Of a stretch of 64,000 nucleotides of DNA, positions 1 through 11,433 are shown piece by piece. The stretch is taken from NCBI GenBank assembly GCA_020891255.1, contig BQFW01000009.1, positions 744,001-808,000 on the forward strand, in the 5' to 3' direction. The notes below the pieces were generated by a model. That model ran no database searches. It saw only the letters and a list, made by a program, of their open reading frames with translations, and was not told the DNA's origin. Position numbers and translations under genes: made by a program. This stretch comes from Entomortierella parvispora E1425. Its lineage: Eukaryota; Fungi; Mortierellomycota. Positions within the stretch are counted from its first letter, which is position 1, and each line of letters opens with the position of its first letter.

Positions 1-1211
1 TTCGATTCACGTCCTCGACTAGGGATGGTGTCGAATCGCTTGAGGTTGGGGGCTGAGCAGAGTAGCTTTTGGATCGCGACGCTGGAAAGAGTGGGGTTTA
101 GAGCAACGACCCGTACATTTTCCAATGTCGCAGCGTGTTGTAGAAGCGCGTCCACCACTTGGGATCCGATCGTCCCGTAAATGCAGCCACTTAATCCCAC
201 TGTCTTCCAGCCTTTGGGACTGCCTTGAGAGATCAGTCGGAGCAAACAGGTGTTCTCCAGGTCATCTCGAAACACAGAGTCCACAAGACTTAAATCTTCT
301 AAAGACAAAGGACGACGGTTCATCAAGATTTCGCAGAGAATTCTTAAATCCGCCCCATCACCGGCCACCGTCAGGCTACGCAAGTTCTCGAGGGATGTCG
401 CAGGCTTAGGCCAGCGTGAGACCCGGTCTAACAAGGCATCTCTCTCCTCTCCTGTCATCCAAGGAATACGTGAATCGATCGCGAACATGTAGCTGTTACC
501 CACGTTGTCAATGACTCTTAATTGCTCGAGACTTGCTGGAAGTGCTGTCCAAAGTCGAGCCTCATCCTCGAATTGCCCTTTTTGCCTCAGAGGCAACACT
601 GCTGTGGTAAACTTCACGAGTTGTGTAGATCGTGCGAGAACGTCGAGCAGTGGATCCAGGTGGATAGACGATTGTATAGGAAGACTGTGCGTTGAATAGA
701 GTGACAACGGCATTGAGTACCGTGAACGCGGGACCATTCGACCAAAACTATCTGTCACTTGATCTGGAGGGGGTGGTCGAGGCGGGTCATCCCCAAAGTG
801 AACAAAGAGCTCCTCGATGAGCAAGGCATTCTCTTTTGGGACGATTTGTGCCTGACCATCATCGTTGACCTCTTTGTCCTCTTGTCCTGCTTCTTTGGTA
901 GTTTCGGCAAGGAGAAATGCATCCAGTGTTCTTGTGTAGAGGACCTTCAAGACTCGAATCCGATGGACGTTCCGGGCTAGAGACACGGGACCGTCGGTAG
1001 AACCAGGACCGTAGGCATCATTGAAGTAGTGAAAGGAGAACAGGTTCTGGATCTCGACTGTGTGCCAGATTCGGTCAATGAGCTGCTCATACCATGCCCT
1101 GTTGACGCGGACGCAGACTGTGAGATCGTGCTTGCAAAGGGAACCGAGCACCATTTCCAGACTTTCAGGCGTGAGATCAAATAGACCTCGGGGTCCATCA
1201 TGGCACGCCAT
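1..1211 (-). CDS. F-box protein with LRR-like body (runs off the window edge, 3' partial)
   Basis: Manual translation from ATG at 1211 gives MACHDGPRGLFDLTPESLEMVLGSLCKHDLTVCVRVNRAWYEQLIDRIWHTVEI (F-box pattern). The frame stays open to base 1 and ends ...LSSVAIQKLLCSAPNLKRFDTIP. It is absent from the ORF track because there is no stop codon in the window. Confidence 0.82.
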   Translation of the reverse strand, partial: MACHDGPRGLFDLTPESLEMVLGSLCKHDLTVCVRVNRAWYEQLIDRIWHTVEIQNLFSFHYFNDAYGPGSTDGPVSLARNVHRIRVLKVLYTRTLDAFLLAETTKEAGQEDKEVNDDGQAQIVPKENALLIEELFVHFGDDPPRPPPPDQVTDSFGRMVPRSRYSMPLSLYSTHSLPIQSSIHLDPLLDVLARSTQLVKFTTAVLPLRQKGQFEDEARLWTALPASLEQLRVIDNVGNSYMFAIDSRIPWMTGEERDALLDRVSRWPKPATSLENLRSLTVAGDGADLRILCEILMNRRPLSLEDLSLVDSVFRDDLENTCLLRLISQGSPKGWKTVGLSGCIYGTIGSQVVDALLQHAATLENVRVVALNPTLSSVAIQKLLCSAPNLKRFDTIPSRGRES

Positions 1212-1545
1212 TATTTCCAGGGCAAAAAGTTTTGAATGAGGAGGCTAAAAAGAAGAAGAAGGAGAGAATGAGATGAAGAGGCAAGGAATGGCCAATGAGG
1301 AATGGAGATGAGGTCGACTGACAGCGCCTTTTGTTCTGTTCATTGACAAGAAAGAGCCCCACTGCAAGGCAAGGTTTAAGTTTGGTGGCAAAATCAACAA
1401 AGTCCTTCAACCAGTCAAAAGACGCTTCACAGAGAGCATCGTGCGTGAAGTGAACCACGAATTCCTGCCTTTTGCGCGTGTTCTGCCATTTGCCCACAGA
1501 TTGAACATGAGGGAAGATTCAGCCAAGATTTTACTGTGTGTGGGT

Positions 1546-2508
1546 TCATTCAATGGTACTTTTGTGGAGCGTGGGCTTTTTCTCATCCTGCTTGACTTTT
1601 TCAAGATCGTAGCTGGGTGGCAAAGCCTCCTCGTCCTCATCGGAAGAACCTGTCCGTTGGAGGACCCAAGTCTCTATATTCGCGCTTGTTCGATAAATAC
1701 CAACGTCAAAGGACGCCGCTAGTTTGAACCCAATCAAATGGAGGTTGGCCAGGATCTTTCCCTGCATCACCCGCGAATCAATGACATTTTGTGCTCCTTT
1801 TTCATACAAACTGCCCACCAGTTGAAAAAGTACCGATCCATCGTTGCCAACCCTTTCATTCAGGATTCTGATCAAGCAGCAAAAAGTTGCGAAAGAAATG
1901 AGGGTAAATGAAAAGTTTGTCTCGTTAATACAAGAAAAAGGCACCGATCGCTGATCATTGGGATTAATGGAGGCGAGAAAAACATACCCATTGCCGTCTT
2001 TCCAGTGCGTCGCAAGTGTATCTCGGATAAATTGCAGAACAAGGTCGGATGCATCCGTGACCCTGATCCCGCTCCATGCTTGGAAACGAATGACAAACAG
2101 GTCTTGGGGGCCTATGGTTGCCTTCGGGGGCAGAGGGTCATATTGAAAAAACATGGTGAACTGCATGGAGTGCCACCATGGCGTGGACTTGATCAAGGCC
2201 CATCCAGACTCAGTCATATACTTGAACACAGCCACCATCAGTCGCCAGGTCTTTGGGTCCTTGGATCGATCAAACCAATTGAAGTGCAAGGAGAAAAGGT
2301 GCGAGTCCCCTTCCTGTCGTTCCCACGCAATTGGATCATTAGAGACTCCAGAGTTCAAGGTGATCAGTTTTCGAATATCGGGGACCAAAGCCGGAAGGCC
2401 AATGAGCCGAATCGCAGTGGTGGTATCGTGCTCGCTGATATCGAAAACGACGCTCCTGATAATACTCGGATGGGTTTCCTGATTGGGGGTTGCTGTGCCT
2501 ACGAGCAT
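1546..2508 (-). CDS. Uncharacterised ~280-aa protein with C-terminal PPSY motif (copy A of a tandem pair)
   Basis: ATG at 2508 (MLVGTATPNQ) aligns with the ATG of copy B. An in-frame 120-bp GT-AG intron at 1868-1987 (GTATGT...GATCAG) splices to give THWKDGNG-ILNERVGNDGSVLFQL. Clear homology to 3000-3942. Confidence 0.75.
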   Translation of the reverse strand: MLVGTATPNQETHPSIIRSVVFDISEHDTTTAIRLIGLPALVPDIRKLITLNSGVSNDPIAWERQEGDSHLFSLHFNWFDRSKDPKTWRLMVAVFKYMTESGWALIKSTPWWHSMQFTMFFQYDPLPPKATIGPQDLFVIRFQAWSGIRVTDASDLVLQFIRDTLATHWKDGNGYVFLASINPNDQRSVPFSCINETNFSFTLISFATFCCLIRILNERVGNDGSVLFQLVGSLYEKGAQNVIDSRVMQGKILANLHLIGFKLAASFDVGIYRTSANIETWVLQRTGSSDEDEEALPPSYDLEKVKQDEKKPTLHKSTIE

Positions 2509-2999
2509 CTTGTCTGTCAAGTCTTTGAGATGAAAATGAGTTGCGTTGGGGAGATAAGAGAGCGAAGATGAGAGGAAAGGAGACCAAAAATCGTGATTGA
2601 GGAGCTGGGAAGAGCGGGAAGGACCCAGATGTGTCTCCTTACTTCTCGGTGTTCTTGTCTGCACGGCCCCTAGCTTGGCGGGTGGCAGTGAAGTCGGTCA
2701 CCTGATCATGATCATCCTTCTTCCAGCGGACGAGCAGCGTCAGCTCAACGGAATGGTCTTCATTGTCACTGCCTCGCCTTGAAAGAACCGCAGGTTGAAC
2801 AGTCTCAGCATGCTGGGTTTACTGTCAAAAAAAAAAAAAAAAAAAAAAAAAAAGTTGCTTCTGTGACGTGACGGTCGGTCGCGTCCACAAACGTGGGAAG
2901 TCCTTTATTGATTGCAATCCCCTTGACTTCTGCCTCCATCTGTACACTTGAAAAGGGGTTCAAGTGAAGATGTTCTTGTGGTTTCATACAGTCTTTTTC

Positions 3000-3942
3000 C
3001 TATTGTAGGTCAAGTTCTTTCTCGTCTTTCAGCTTCCCATGATCGTAGCTGGGCGGTGAGAGTCTTGTGTCCTCATCAAATGGATTTGTCGAACCTGATC
3101 CTCGGACCGGACCGATCCTTCGAAAAACCCGTGTCAAAAGTAGCTGGTCTGATGCCCCCCAAACAAACACCAATGTCAAAAGACGCTGCGAGCTTGAACC
3201 CTAGCGATTGAAGACTGGCCAAGACCTTGCTTTGCACGCCCCGCGAATGGATAACGCTCTCCGATGCTTTGCCATACAGGCTGCTCGGGAGTTCGAAGAC
3301 AACCGAGCCATCCGCTGTAGTTCTTTGATTTTGGACTCTGTTTCAAAGAACAAAATGAAAGCGGCCATGTCATTAAGAGAGGAGGGTGAGCCAGTGATCA
3401 GTAGATCTGAGAACAGAAAGCTCTTACTCTTTTCAGCGCGTTGTAACTGCATCACGTACGCACTGCTGTGCCTGGTTGGATGCGCCAGTCACCGTGATCT
3501 CGCTCCGGTTATTAAAGGCTTGGAAACGTACAACAAACATGTCGCAGGGGTCGATGGGCATCTTGGGAAGGAAAAGGTCATACTGAAAATACAAGGTGAA
3601 CTGTCTGGAGTTCCCCCATTGTGAGGTCTTGATCAGGGCCCACCCTGCCTCCGTCATATACTTGAACGCCGCCGTCATCAGCTGACACGTCTTGGGATCC
3701 TTGGATTTATCAAACCAGCTGGAGTTCAAGGTGAAATAGTGCGAGTCTCCTTCCTGACGTTCCCATAAGACTGGTGGATCGCAACAGGTTTCCGATTTCA
3801 AAATCAGTTTTCGGAAATCATTGACAAATTCTGGAAGGCCAATTTGTCGGATGGCAGTTGTAGTGTCGTACTCGGTGATGTCGAAAACGATACTTTGAAT
3901 GACAATTGCACTAGCGTCGTCAAAACCAGAGTTCACAAACAT
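3000..3942 (-). pseudogene. Disrupted paralogue (copy B) of 1546-2508
   Basis: MFVNSG...SIVFDITEYDTTTAIRQIGLP aligns with copy A. There is an in-frame TGA at 3433-3435 where copy A has Trp, then an intron (GTAAGA...AAACAG). The downstream exon (ADGSVVFELPSSLY...GFKLAASFDIG) shifts frame near the G6 run at ~3155-3160; the shifted frame restores DEDTRLSPPSYDHGKLKDEKE and stops at 3000. Confidence 0.75.
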
Positions 3943-6342
3943 CCTTTCTCTACTGCTGTCCTATGAAGGGTTGTCCTGAGATGGTATGGGAGCGTGGGGG
4001 TGGGAGGGGAAAATGACCAAAGTGGGCTTGGAACGAGACGGGTAGGGTGAGGTGCTTCCCCTTTCTCGGGTGTCATGTAAGGCGAAGCAAGTGAACAGAG
4101 AATAGCGGTCATCTGACCATGATCCACCCATCGGTCCTTTACCCTTCCAAGGAAACGAACGTCCAAGGAAACGAACGGAGCTTCTCCTTGGCACGATCTT
4201 GTTTGTTGTGAAGAGAAGAGTACCAAAACAGCGTAGTAGAGTTATGGCGTCACTTTTTGCCTGCTCAACTTTGCTGCCAATTGTCTGCGCCACGCTATGT
4301 CATGAACTTTAAAGTGCCACTCGTCACCCTCATTTCCGCTGCCTTTCCCACTCCCTCTCACGTATTTCCTCTGTCTTTACCACTTTTTGTAAACGGAGGA
4401 ACGGCGAGAGGGACCAAGACTCACAAATTGAAGAGGCAAAGGGTTTCAGACAGCAATTTCCTTGAGCAGCAGCCCCGTTAGAATATAAGGATTGCGCACA
4501 GGGCTGTTTGGTAATCGCCTTTCTGTGTGACGATTCAATCGCGTCAACAAACGTGGGAAAGCCTCATATTCGTAGTTGCACCTTCTATCCTTCTGTAAGT
4601 CTTTCTTGAGAGTAGATGGCAGGTGTTTGCCATTTGAGATCCATCGACCAAGGAGATCTCGTTCGAGTACAAAAGAGTCGGAGTCGAATGCCATGCGACT
4701 GTGGGGGAGGGAACAGCTGCAGGATGTTTCCATAAGCGGGATAAAGAGAAGAAAGCGATCGAGAGCCACCCTGGCTTACTCTTTGACAGGGGCAGAGAAG
4801 TGTCATATGTAATCTAGGTAAGAGGCTGGGGAGACAAGTCCAAAGACCCTTCATTGAAAGGACAAAGGGGTGATGAAAAAAAAGTCCGCCATGGAACCCT
4901 CTCCTCCCCCCACTTGATGTGGAATTTGATTGGACTTCTGTCGTTTGATGGTAGCATGACCAAGAAAGGCACCGATGCCTTCAGTGCTTGCTTGTCCGTG
5001 GAGAAGATGAAAATAAAAAATGGCGCTAGGGGTGGAGAGTGATGGATTGCCAATGGATTAGAAAGAGCATGTCCTTGCTGTTGCGTCGGCCTTTGATTTT
5101 TGGCTGTTCGGCCTTTTTTATTTAATCTTTTTCACGAATGAATTGTTGCCTTCTGGCCATGGTCTACGAAGAAAGACCATTCGGATCTCATCCTTCTCTT
5201 GTAGGAAAAGAACTCATTGGCAGGGAGAGGATCGGGGACACAGCAACGAAAACCTTGTCTATTCCCAGGGGGAGGCAATGCACTCAAAATCAAAAATGAC
5301 TGCGGGTGCTTTGTTACAAAGGACTTTTGCAAGGTTCAACTTTGAGCAAAGTGGGTCTCCGATCTGCAGATTTTCGCCGTTCTGCCCGGGGAATAAACCA
5401 CGTCTGTCTCTTTTACCCCAACGGACCAAAATGGTCTTCATCGAGTCCACCTCTGGCTATCATGTTCTTTTCTGTTTTACAGTGTGAAGGAGGGCGGTAC
5501 TGGTTGCCATCAATTTCAAATGTCGATGCGGTACATCACACGGAAGCGGATGTAGGTATCTCTACAAAGGTGTACCGAGAATGAGTTGGCAAATGGGCCA
5601 ACGTCTCCTCGATCAGGAACAGCCCTTCCCGATGGTGTTTTTAATGGGATATCCCGATCCACAGGGAATGTTATTTGACACGCAAGGATAACCGTTAATC
5701 CGAACTGACACCTTTCCAGTGAGGACCGTGTTGCGTGGGACAAAGATCAAGCCTCAAGAATTCATGGACCGATTCCCAACAGAGAACACAGGGGGAAGAC
5801 TGGACCTGCAACCCCCGCAGACACGTCCACATAGCACCTGCGACATAAGATACCAACTCTCTTTACATTATATTACCACGGCGCACATCATTCTATAAAG
5901 TACAGTTACGGTACCATACAATACCAAACAAAAAAAAATACTACTCAGTCCAAACCCTGTGCTAGACAAACCTTGGCGAAAGCAAGTTGCCCGTGGGCTA
6001 TTTCCCTCGAGCGCTCCAGTTTTCGGCGACAATACGGCCAACTGACTGTGCCCCAGAGATCCTTCTTGTGCCGAGCATTTATAAAAGGATCATCCTCGGA
6101 CCCTTTTTTCCGTTTTCATCTCTCCACAACTGTTCCCTCAATCACCTTCAGCTCCTCTTCATTTCTCCATCGGTCAATTGATCCATCATACCCATTATTC
6201 CACTCGGATCAAACCCACCCTTCTTTTCTCTTATCAGCTCTTTCCCTGAACACCAACTTTTTTACGTCCGCCAATATTTCCACATACCTCACCCACCCAA
6301 CCCCACAAAAACACAGCCTCCTCCAAAACCACGTTATACAGA

Positions 6343-7710
6343 ATGGACAAAACTGAGGCTTATGACGCCACAAGTGTCCTCAGTGACAAAGAGTCCGTCG
6401 AGGTGGACCTGATGGCCGAAAGGCCCGAGCAAGGCTCTTCCTACCTTGCTTTCTTTAACGTCGTCTGTGTGGTCGCTGGTAAGAATACTTGCCTTCTCCA
6501 CATTCGTCATGGTATGGTTGGACCGCTCTAACGCCTTCTTTTGTTTCGTCTCTCAGGTACCGGAACTCTTGGTTTGCCATATTCTCTTCGTCTCGGCGGA
6601 TGGATCAGTATTGGTATCATGATGCTCTCTCTGTTCATGTCCACCTACACTGCGATCTTGCTCATGAAGTGTCTGTACTACAATGGAAAGTATCGTCTCT
6701 CTTCTTATCAAGAGGTTGGTCGACACGCCTTTGGTAAAGCAGGGTATATCACCGTCTGGTGCTTTCATACCTCGATCGTGTTGGGTGCTCCCATCATGTA
6801 CTTGATCCTGGCTGGTACGCAGATGCAGAGCTTGGTCGACAACACTGCCATCACTCTCAAGGCCTGGGTCTGGATTGCCGCCGCTGTGGTAGCAGTTCCC
6901 TTTATCACCATGAAGACCTTGAAGGAGGTCGCTGTTATGTCTGTCTTTGGAGCCTTGGCCACTTTGGTCTTGGTCATTGTCGCCGTTCGCGGATCGGTCA
7001 TGGACATGAGCAACCCCAAGTACGATACCGTCGGACACGCCAACGTGATCTTGAAGAACTTGCCTTCCACTGTGGCCTCGATCTCCATCTGCTTCGGAGG
7101 CAATGTTGTTTACATGCACGTCGAAGAGGCGATGCGGTACCCCAAGAGCTGGAACCGCGTCGTTGCCGCCGCCCTCGGAGTTTGTTCCATCCTGTACTTG
7201 GCCACGGCTATTCCCGGTTATATCACGTATGGTGACCAGGCCGAGTCCCCTATTCTCACCAACTTGCCCGCAGACACCTTCACCAAGGTGGGCACCATTG
7301 TCATCATCATCCACGTTATCTTGGCCGCGCCTATTCTCCTGACGAGTTTTGCCCTCGAGTTTGAGCGTCTGACAGACATCACGGTCGCACGCCGAGGCAA
7401 GGTCATGGAGCGCGTCTACAGAACCTTGTCTCGCTTGGTAGTGATTGGTTTCTGTGGAGGCATCGCTTGCACGGTCCCTTACTTTGGCGACTTTTTGTCT
7501 TTGTTGGGCGCTTTGGGCAACTGCACATTGATCTTTGTGCTGCCCATCCTGTGCTATTTCAAGTTGATTGGATGGAGACAGATGAGGTGGTACGAGCTGG
7601 TCTGGTGCGCTATCATTGTCATCATTGGCGTCATCTCGGCTGTTATTGGGTCAATTGACGCCATCAAAGCCCTCCGCATCGACTTTTTGTCGGATTCCGC
7701 CAACCAGTAG
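6343..7710 (+). CDS. Amino acid/auxin permease (AAAP, Aa_trans) family transporter, AVT-like; 2 exons
   Basis: Exon 6343-6478 plus exon 6557-7710 (intron GTAAGA...TCTCAG) gives SSYLAFFNVVCVVAGTGTLGLPYSL. Many hydrophobic helices, and the PYFGDFLSLLGA motif typical of the family. Confidence 0.93.
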
Positions 7711-8177
7711 AGCACTTGAAGAGATATCCATCCATATTTGTACACTAGATCCAACCTCCAAAAACCCACCGTCGCCTCTATCTTAGACATTACAGAAGAA
7801 GTGAACTTGTATATAAACGCAAACCTGCTTTCACAAACAAAACATTATTCTCTCCACACTCGGCATTTTGACGCATGCGGCAATCGCCTTGCATTACAAT
7901 TGGTGGCAAATGTGACTGTCTGTTTATTCTTTTCCATCCTCCGAGGTCGGCAGTCACCGCACTAACTCCACACTTGCCCTTCTTTCCCCTCCCTCCTCCT
8001 CCTCCTCCTCCGCACCCTCCGCACTTGCATTGCACGCATCTTGGACTCTCCATCCTCCCTCGACCGTTGCATCGCCCTCTCTTCTCTCATCCCTTGACCG
8101 GATTCATTCACTTGTCTCTACTGGTTCCACATCCAGAAAAGGAAAAAAAAACAAAGGCTCCCCCTGATCAGCACACG

Positions 8178-11013
8178 ATGTCTGTCTTCCGTTCATTCAT
8201 CAATGCCCAGAGCGCATTGACCGCCCAGGCCCGCAGGACCTTCTCCACCGCCATGTACGGAAGTGCCGGCGCCCCCAAGAAGCCCTCTTGCATCAACCCT
8301 GACATGCTCTACCTTCAGCCCCGCTGGCACGTTCAGAAGGACCAGGCTCTCCAGCAGGGTCCCGGCAAGGTCCTTGCTGGCATGATCCAGAAGCGTTGGA
8401 ACTCGGCTGCTGCCCAGCCTGTGGAGCTTGTAAGTTTCCTTTCCCCTTGCTCAACCCTTCGCCATCCAACATGATAATGCTGAGTAGAAGTGGGGTTTGC
8501 AAGCTGACTCCGAAAGGCAACACTTTTGGTTCTTCATCGATCAAACAACTGATCCTTTGACTCTTCTATCTTCTTTGGACGGATATAGACCAACATCCAA
8601 AAGTTGCGCAACATTGGTATCTCGGCCCATATTGATTCAGGAAAGACTACCTTGACGGAGCGTGTTTTGTTCTACACTGGAAGAATCAACCAGATTCACG
8701 AGGTCCGTGGCAAGGACAATGTCGGAGCCAAGATGGATTCCATGGAGTTGGAGCGTGAGAAGGGTATTACCATTCAGTCTGCTGCTACCTATGCTGCCTG
8801 GAAGGGATACAACTTTAACATCATTGATACTCCCGGTAAGAAACAGCGGACAAGTCATTAGGAGGACGATAAAGGAGAGCCGGCTCTGCTGTGAGGAGCA
8901 TCAGGACTCTCCACATAACGATCATGGAGACTAATACGATGTTGCTTTGTCTTTTTGCGTGAGTATAGGGCACGTCGATTTCACCATTGAGGTCGAGAGA
9001 GCTTTGCGTGTGTTGGATGGTGCCGTTTTGGTCTTGTGCGCTGTCAGTGGAGTTCAGTCCCAGACCATTACTGTCGATCGTCAGATGAAGCGCTACAACG
9101 TTCCCCGTATCTGCTTTATTAACAAGATGGATCGGTATGCTATTGGTTTCTTCCCGTTGGATATGCCATGGAGCGGTGTATGATCAGAAAACTTACATCG
9201 TCTTTTTTTTTTTTAAAAAAAAAATAGTGCTGGTGCCAACCCCTGGAAGGTCGTGGAGGCTCTCCGTACCAAGCTGAAGATGCACGCCGCTGCTTTGCAG
9301 ATCCCCATGGGCGCTGAGGACAACTTCAAGGGAGTTATCGATCTGTTGAAGTGGAAGGCCCTTCACTTCGAGGGTGCCGATGGGTATGTCTGTTTTACAT
9401 TGCTAAACCTTTTTTCACTTTTTCAATGAGGAGCTCTGGGATACGCCACCAATTTTATGTTCTAATACGTTCAAATCCGGATTCCATTTAGTGTCGATGT
9501 TGTCGAGAGAGATATTCCCGAGGAGTTCTTGGAGTTGGCTAACGCCAAGCGCGCCGAGTTGTTTGAGCATTTGGCCGAGGTGGACGAGGCCATGTCTGAC
9601 ATGTTTATCATGGAGGAGAACCCCACTGGCGAGCAGTTGGCTGAGGCGATCCGTCGTGCTACCATCGCTCGCAAGTTCATCCCCGTCATGATGGGATCTG
9701 CTATCAAGAACAAGGGAGTCCAGCCTTTGTTGGATAGTGTTTGCGCGTACTTGCCCAGTCCCGACGAGGTCACTAACATTGCTTTGGATCTCAAGAACGA
9801 GGAGGCCAAGGTTGAGTTGTCTTCGAGCGAGAAGGACCCCTTCGTCGGTTTGGCTTTCAAGTTGGAGGAGGGACGTTTCGGTCAGTTGACTTATATGCGT
9901 GTGTACCAGGGTATGTTGCGTCGCGGAGGCTTCATCACCAACGTCAAGAACGACAAGAAGATCAAGGTGCCTCGTCTCGTCCGTATGCATTCAGATGAAC
10001 TCGAGGATGTGGACGAGATTGGACCAGGAGAGATTTGCGCCATGTTCGGTGTGGACTGCTCCTCTGGCGATACCTTCACGGATGGTGCCCTTCAGTACTC
10101 GATGACCTCGATGTTTGTCCCCAACCCTGTGATCTCGCTTTCGCTCAAGCCCAAGGGTAAGGAGACCCCCAACTTCTCCAAGGCCTTGAACCGTTTCCAG
10201 AAGGAGGATCCTACTTTCAAGGTCCATGTTGATGCCGAGACCAAGGAGACTATTATTGAGGGTATGGGAGAGTTGCATTTGGAGATTTACGTCGAGCGTA
10301 TGCGTCGTGAGTACAATGTCGACTGCGTGACTGGAAAGCCTGTGGTCGCTTTCAGAGAGGCTATTACCGATGGATCCAAGTTCAACTACACCCACAAGAA
10401 GCAGTCTGGAGGATCTGGTCAGTATGGTCGTGTCCAGGGTTACATTGAGCCCGCTGAGATGGATGAGGACGGCAAGGATGCTTTCTTCGAGTCCCGTGTC
10501 GTCGGAGGCAACATTCCCACCAACTATATCCCTGCTTGCGAGAAGGGATTCAAGGAGGGTATGCAGAAGGGTTTCTTGATCGGTCACCCTATCACTGGAG
10601 TCCGTATGGTCTTGGAGGATGGTGCCGCTCACGCCGTCGATTCCTCAGAATTGGCTTTCAAGATCGCCACCTTGAACGCTTTCAAGGAGGCCTACTTGAA
10701 GTCGAGCCCCGTCATCATGGAGCCCATCATGAAGGTGGATGTCACCGCTCCCATTGAGTTCCAGGGTACTGTTATCGGCGGTATCAACAAGCGCAAGGGT
10801 ACCATTGTCGATACTGAGTCAGGAGAGGATTACTTCTCATGTGTGGCTGAGGTCTCCCTGAATGCCATGTTCGGTTACGCCTCCGAGATCCGTGGTCAGT
10901 CTCAGGGCAAGGGTGAGTTCTCGATGGAGTACTTGAGACATCAGAAGGTCTTGCCCCAGGAGCAGGCCGAGTTGATCAAGGCCTACCAGAAGAAGCAGAA
11001 GGAGGACAAGTAA
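8178..11013 (+). CDS. MEF1: Mitochondrial elongation factor G1; 5 exons
   Basis: Arg/Ala/Ser-rich presequence-like N-terminus. Motifs [23 protein letters not shown]-like ([10 protein letters not shown]), DTPGHVDF and NKMD. Introns at 8430-8588, 8836-8968, 9135-9227 and 9384-9491 all keep the frame. Confidence 0.97.
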
Positions 11014-11433
11014 AAAAAATAACATCCAGGACGAGTTGTGAGTATTGTTCTTTTTCTCTTTCCCATCGTTTGCATTTTCCTCCATAGTTTTTTCATGTCA
11101 TAGACAAATTCCTTTGTTTTTCTTTCATCATATCCCCCCCAACTTTACACATATTAAACATTTGTACCTTTGTATCATTTCTCACATTTGATCGACTGAA
11201 GGACGATCTACATATTTTAATTAGAAGTTGTATGGGTGAAAAATGAGGAACGCAAGGATGGTATACATAGCAATAGATAGTACAAAAGCAGGAGAGAGAG
11301 AAAAAGAAGGGCAAAAATATACAAAAAAGAAGACAAAAGCAGAAACAAGAAAGCAAGCAAAAAAAAAAAACATTCAAAGAAAAACAAGAAGAAAAAGAAG
11401 GTGCAAAAATAAAGTGCGGCAAGGGCGGTAGGA

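Noticed and set aside
3433-3435. TGA as selenocysteine or an alternative genetic code
   Set aside because: It aligns with Trp, not Cys; no SECIS was recognised; the same copy has a frameshift; and other genes here use TGA as a normal stop.
5000-5900. Short ORFs (e.g. 5143-5487, 5306-5584)
   Set aside because: No motif, no consistent splice model, and composition like intergenic DNA.
9415-10632. Long antisense ORFs opposite MEF1 (also 6553-7314 and 51979-52578 opposite the transporters)
   Set aside because: These are shadow ORFs produced by biased codon usage of the sense genes.
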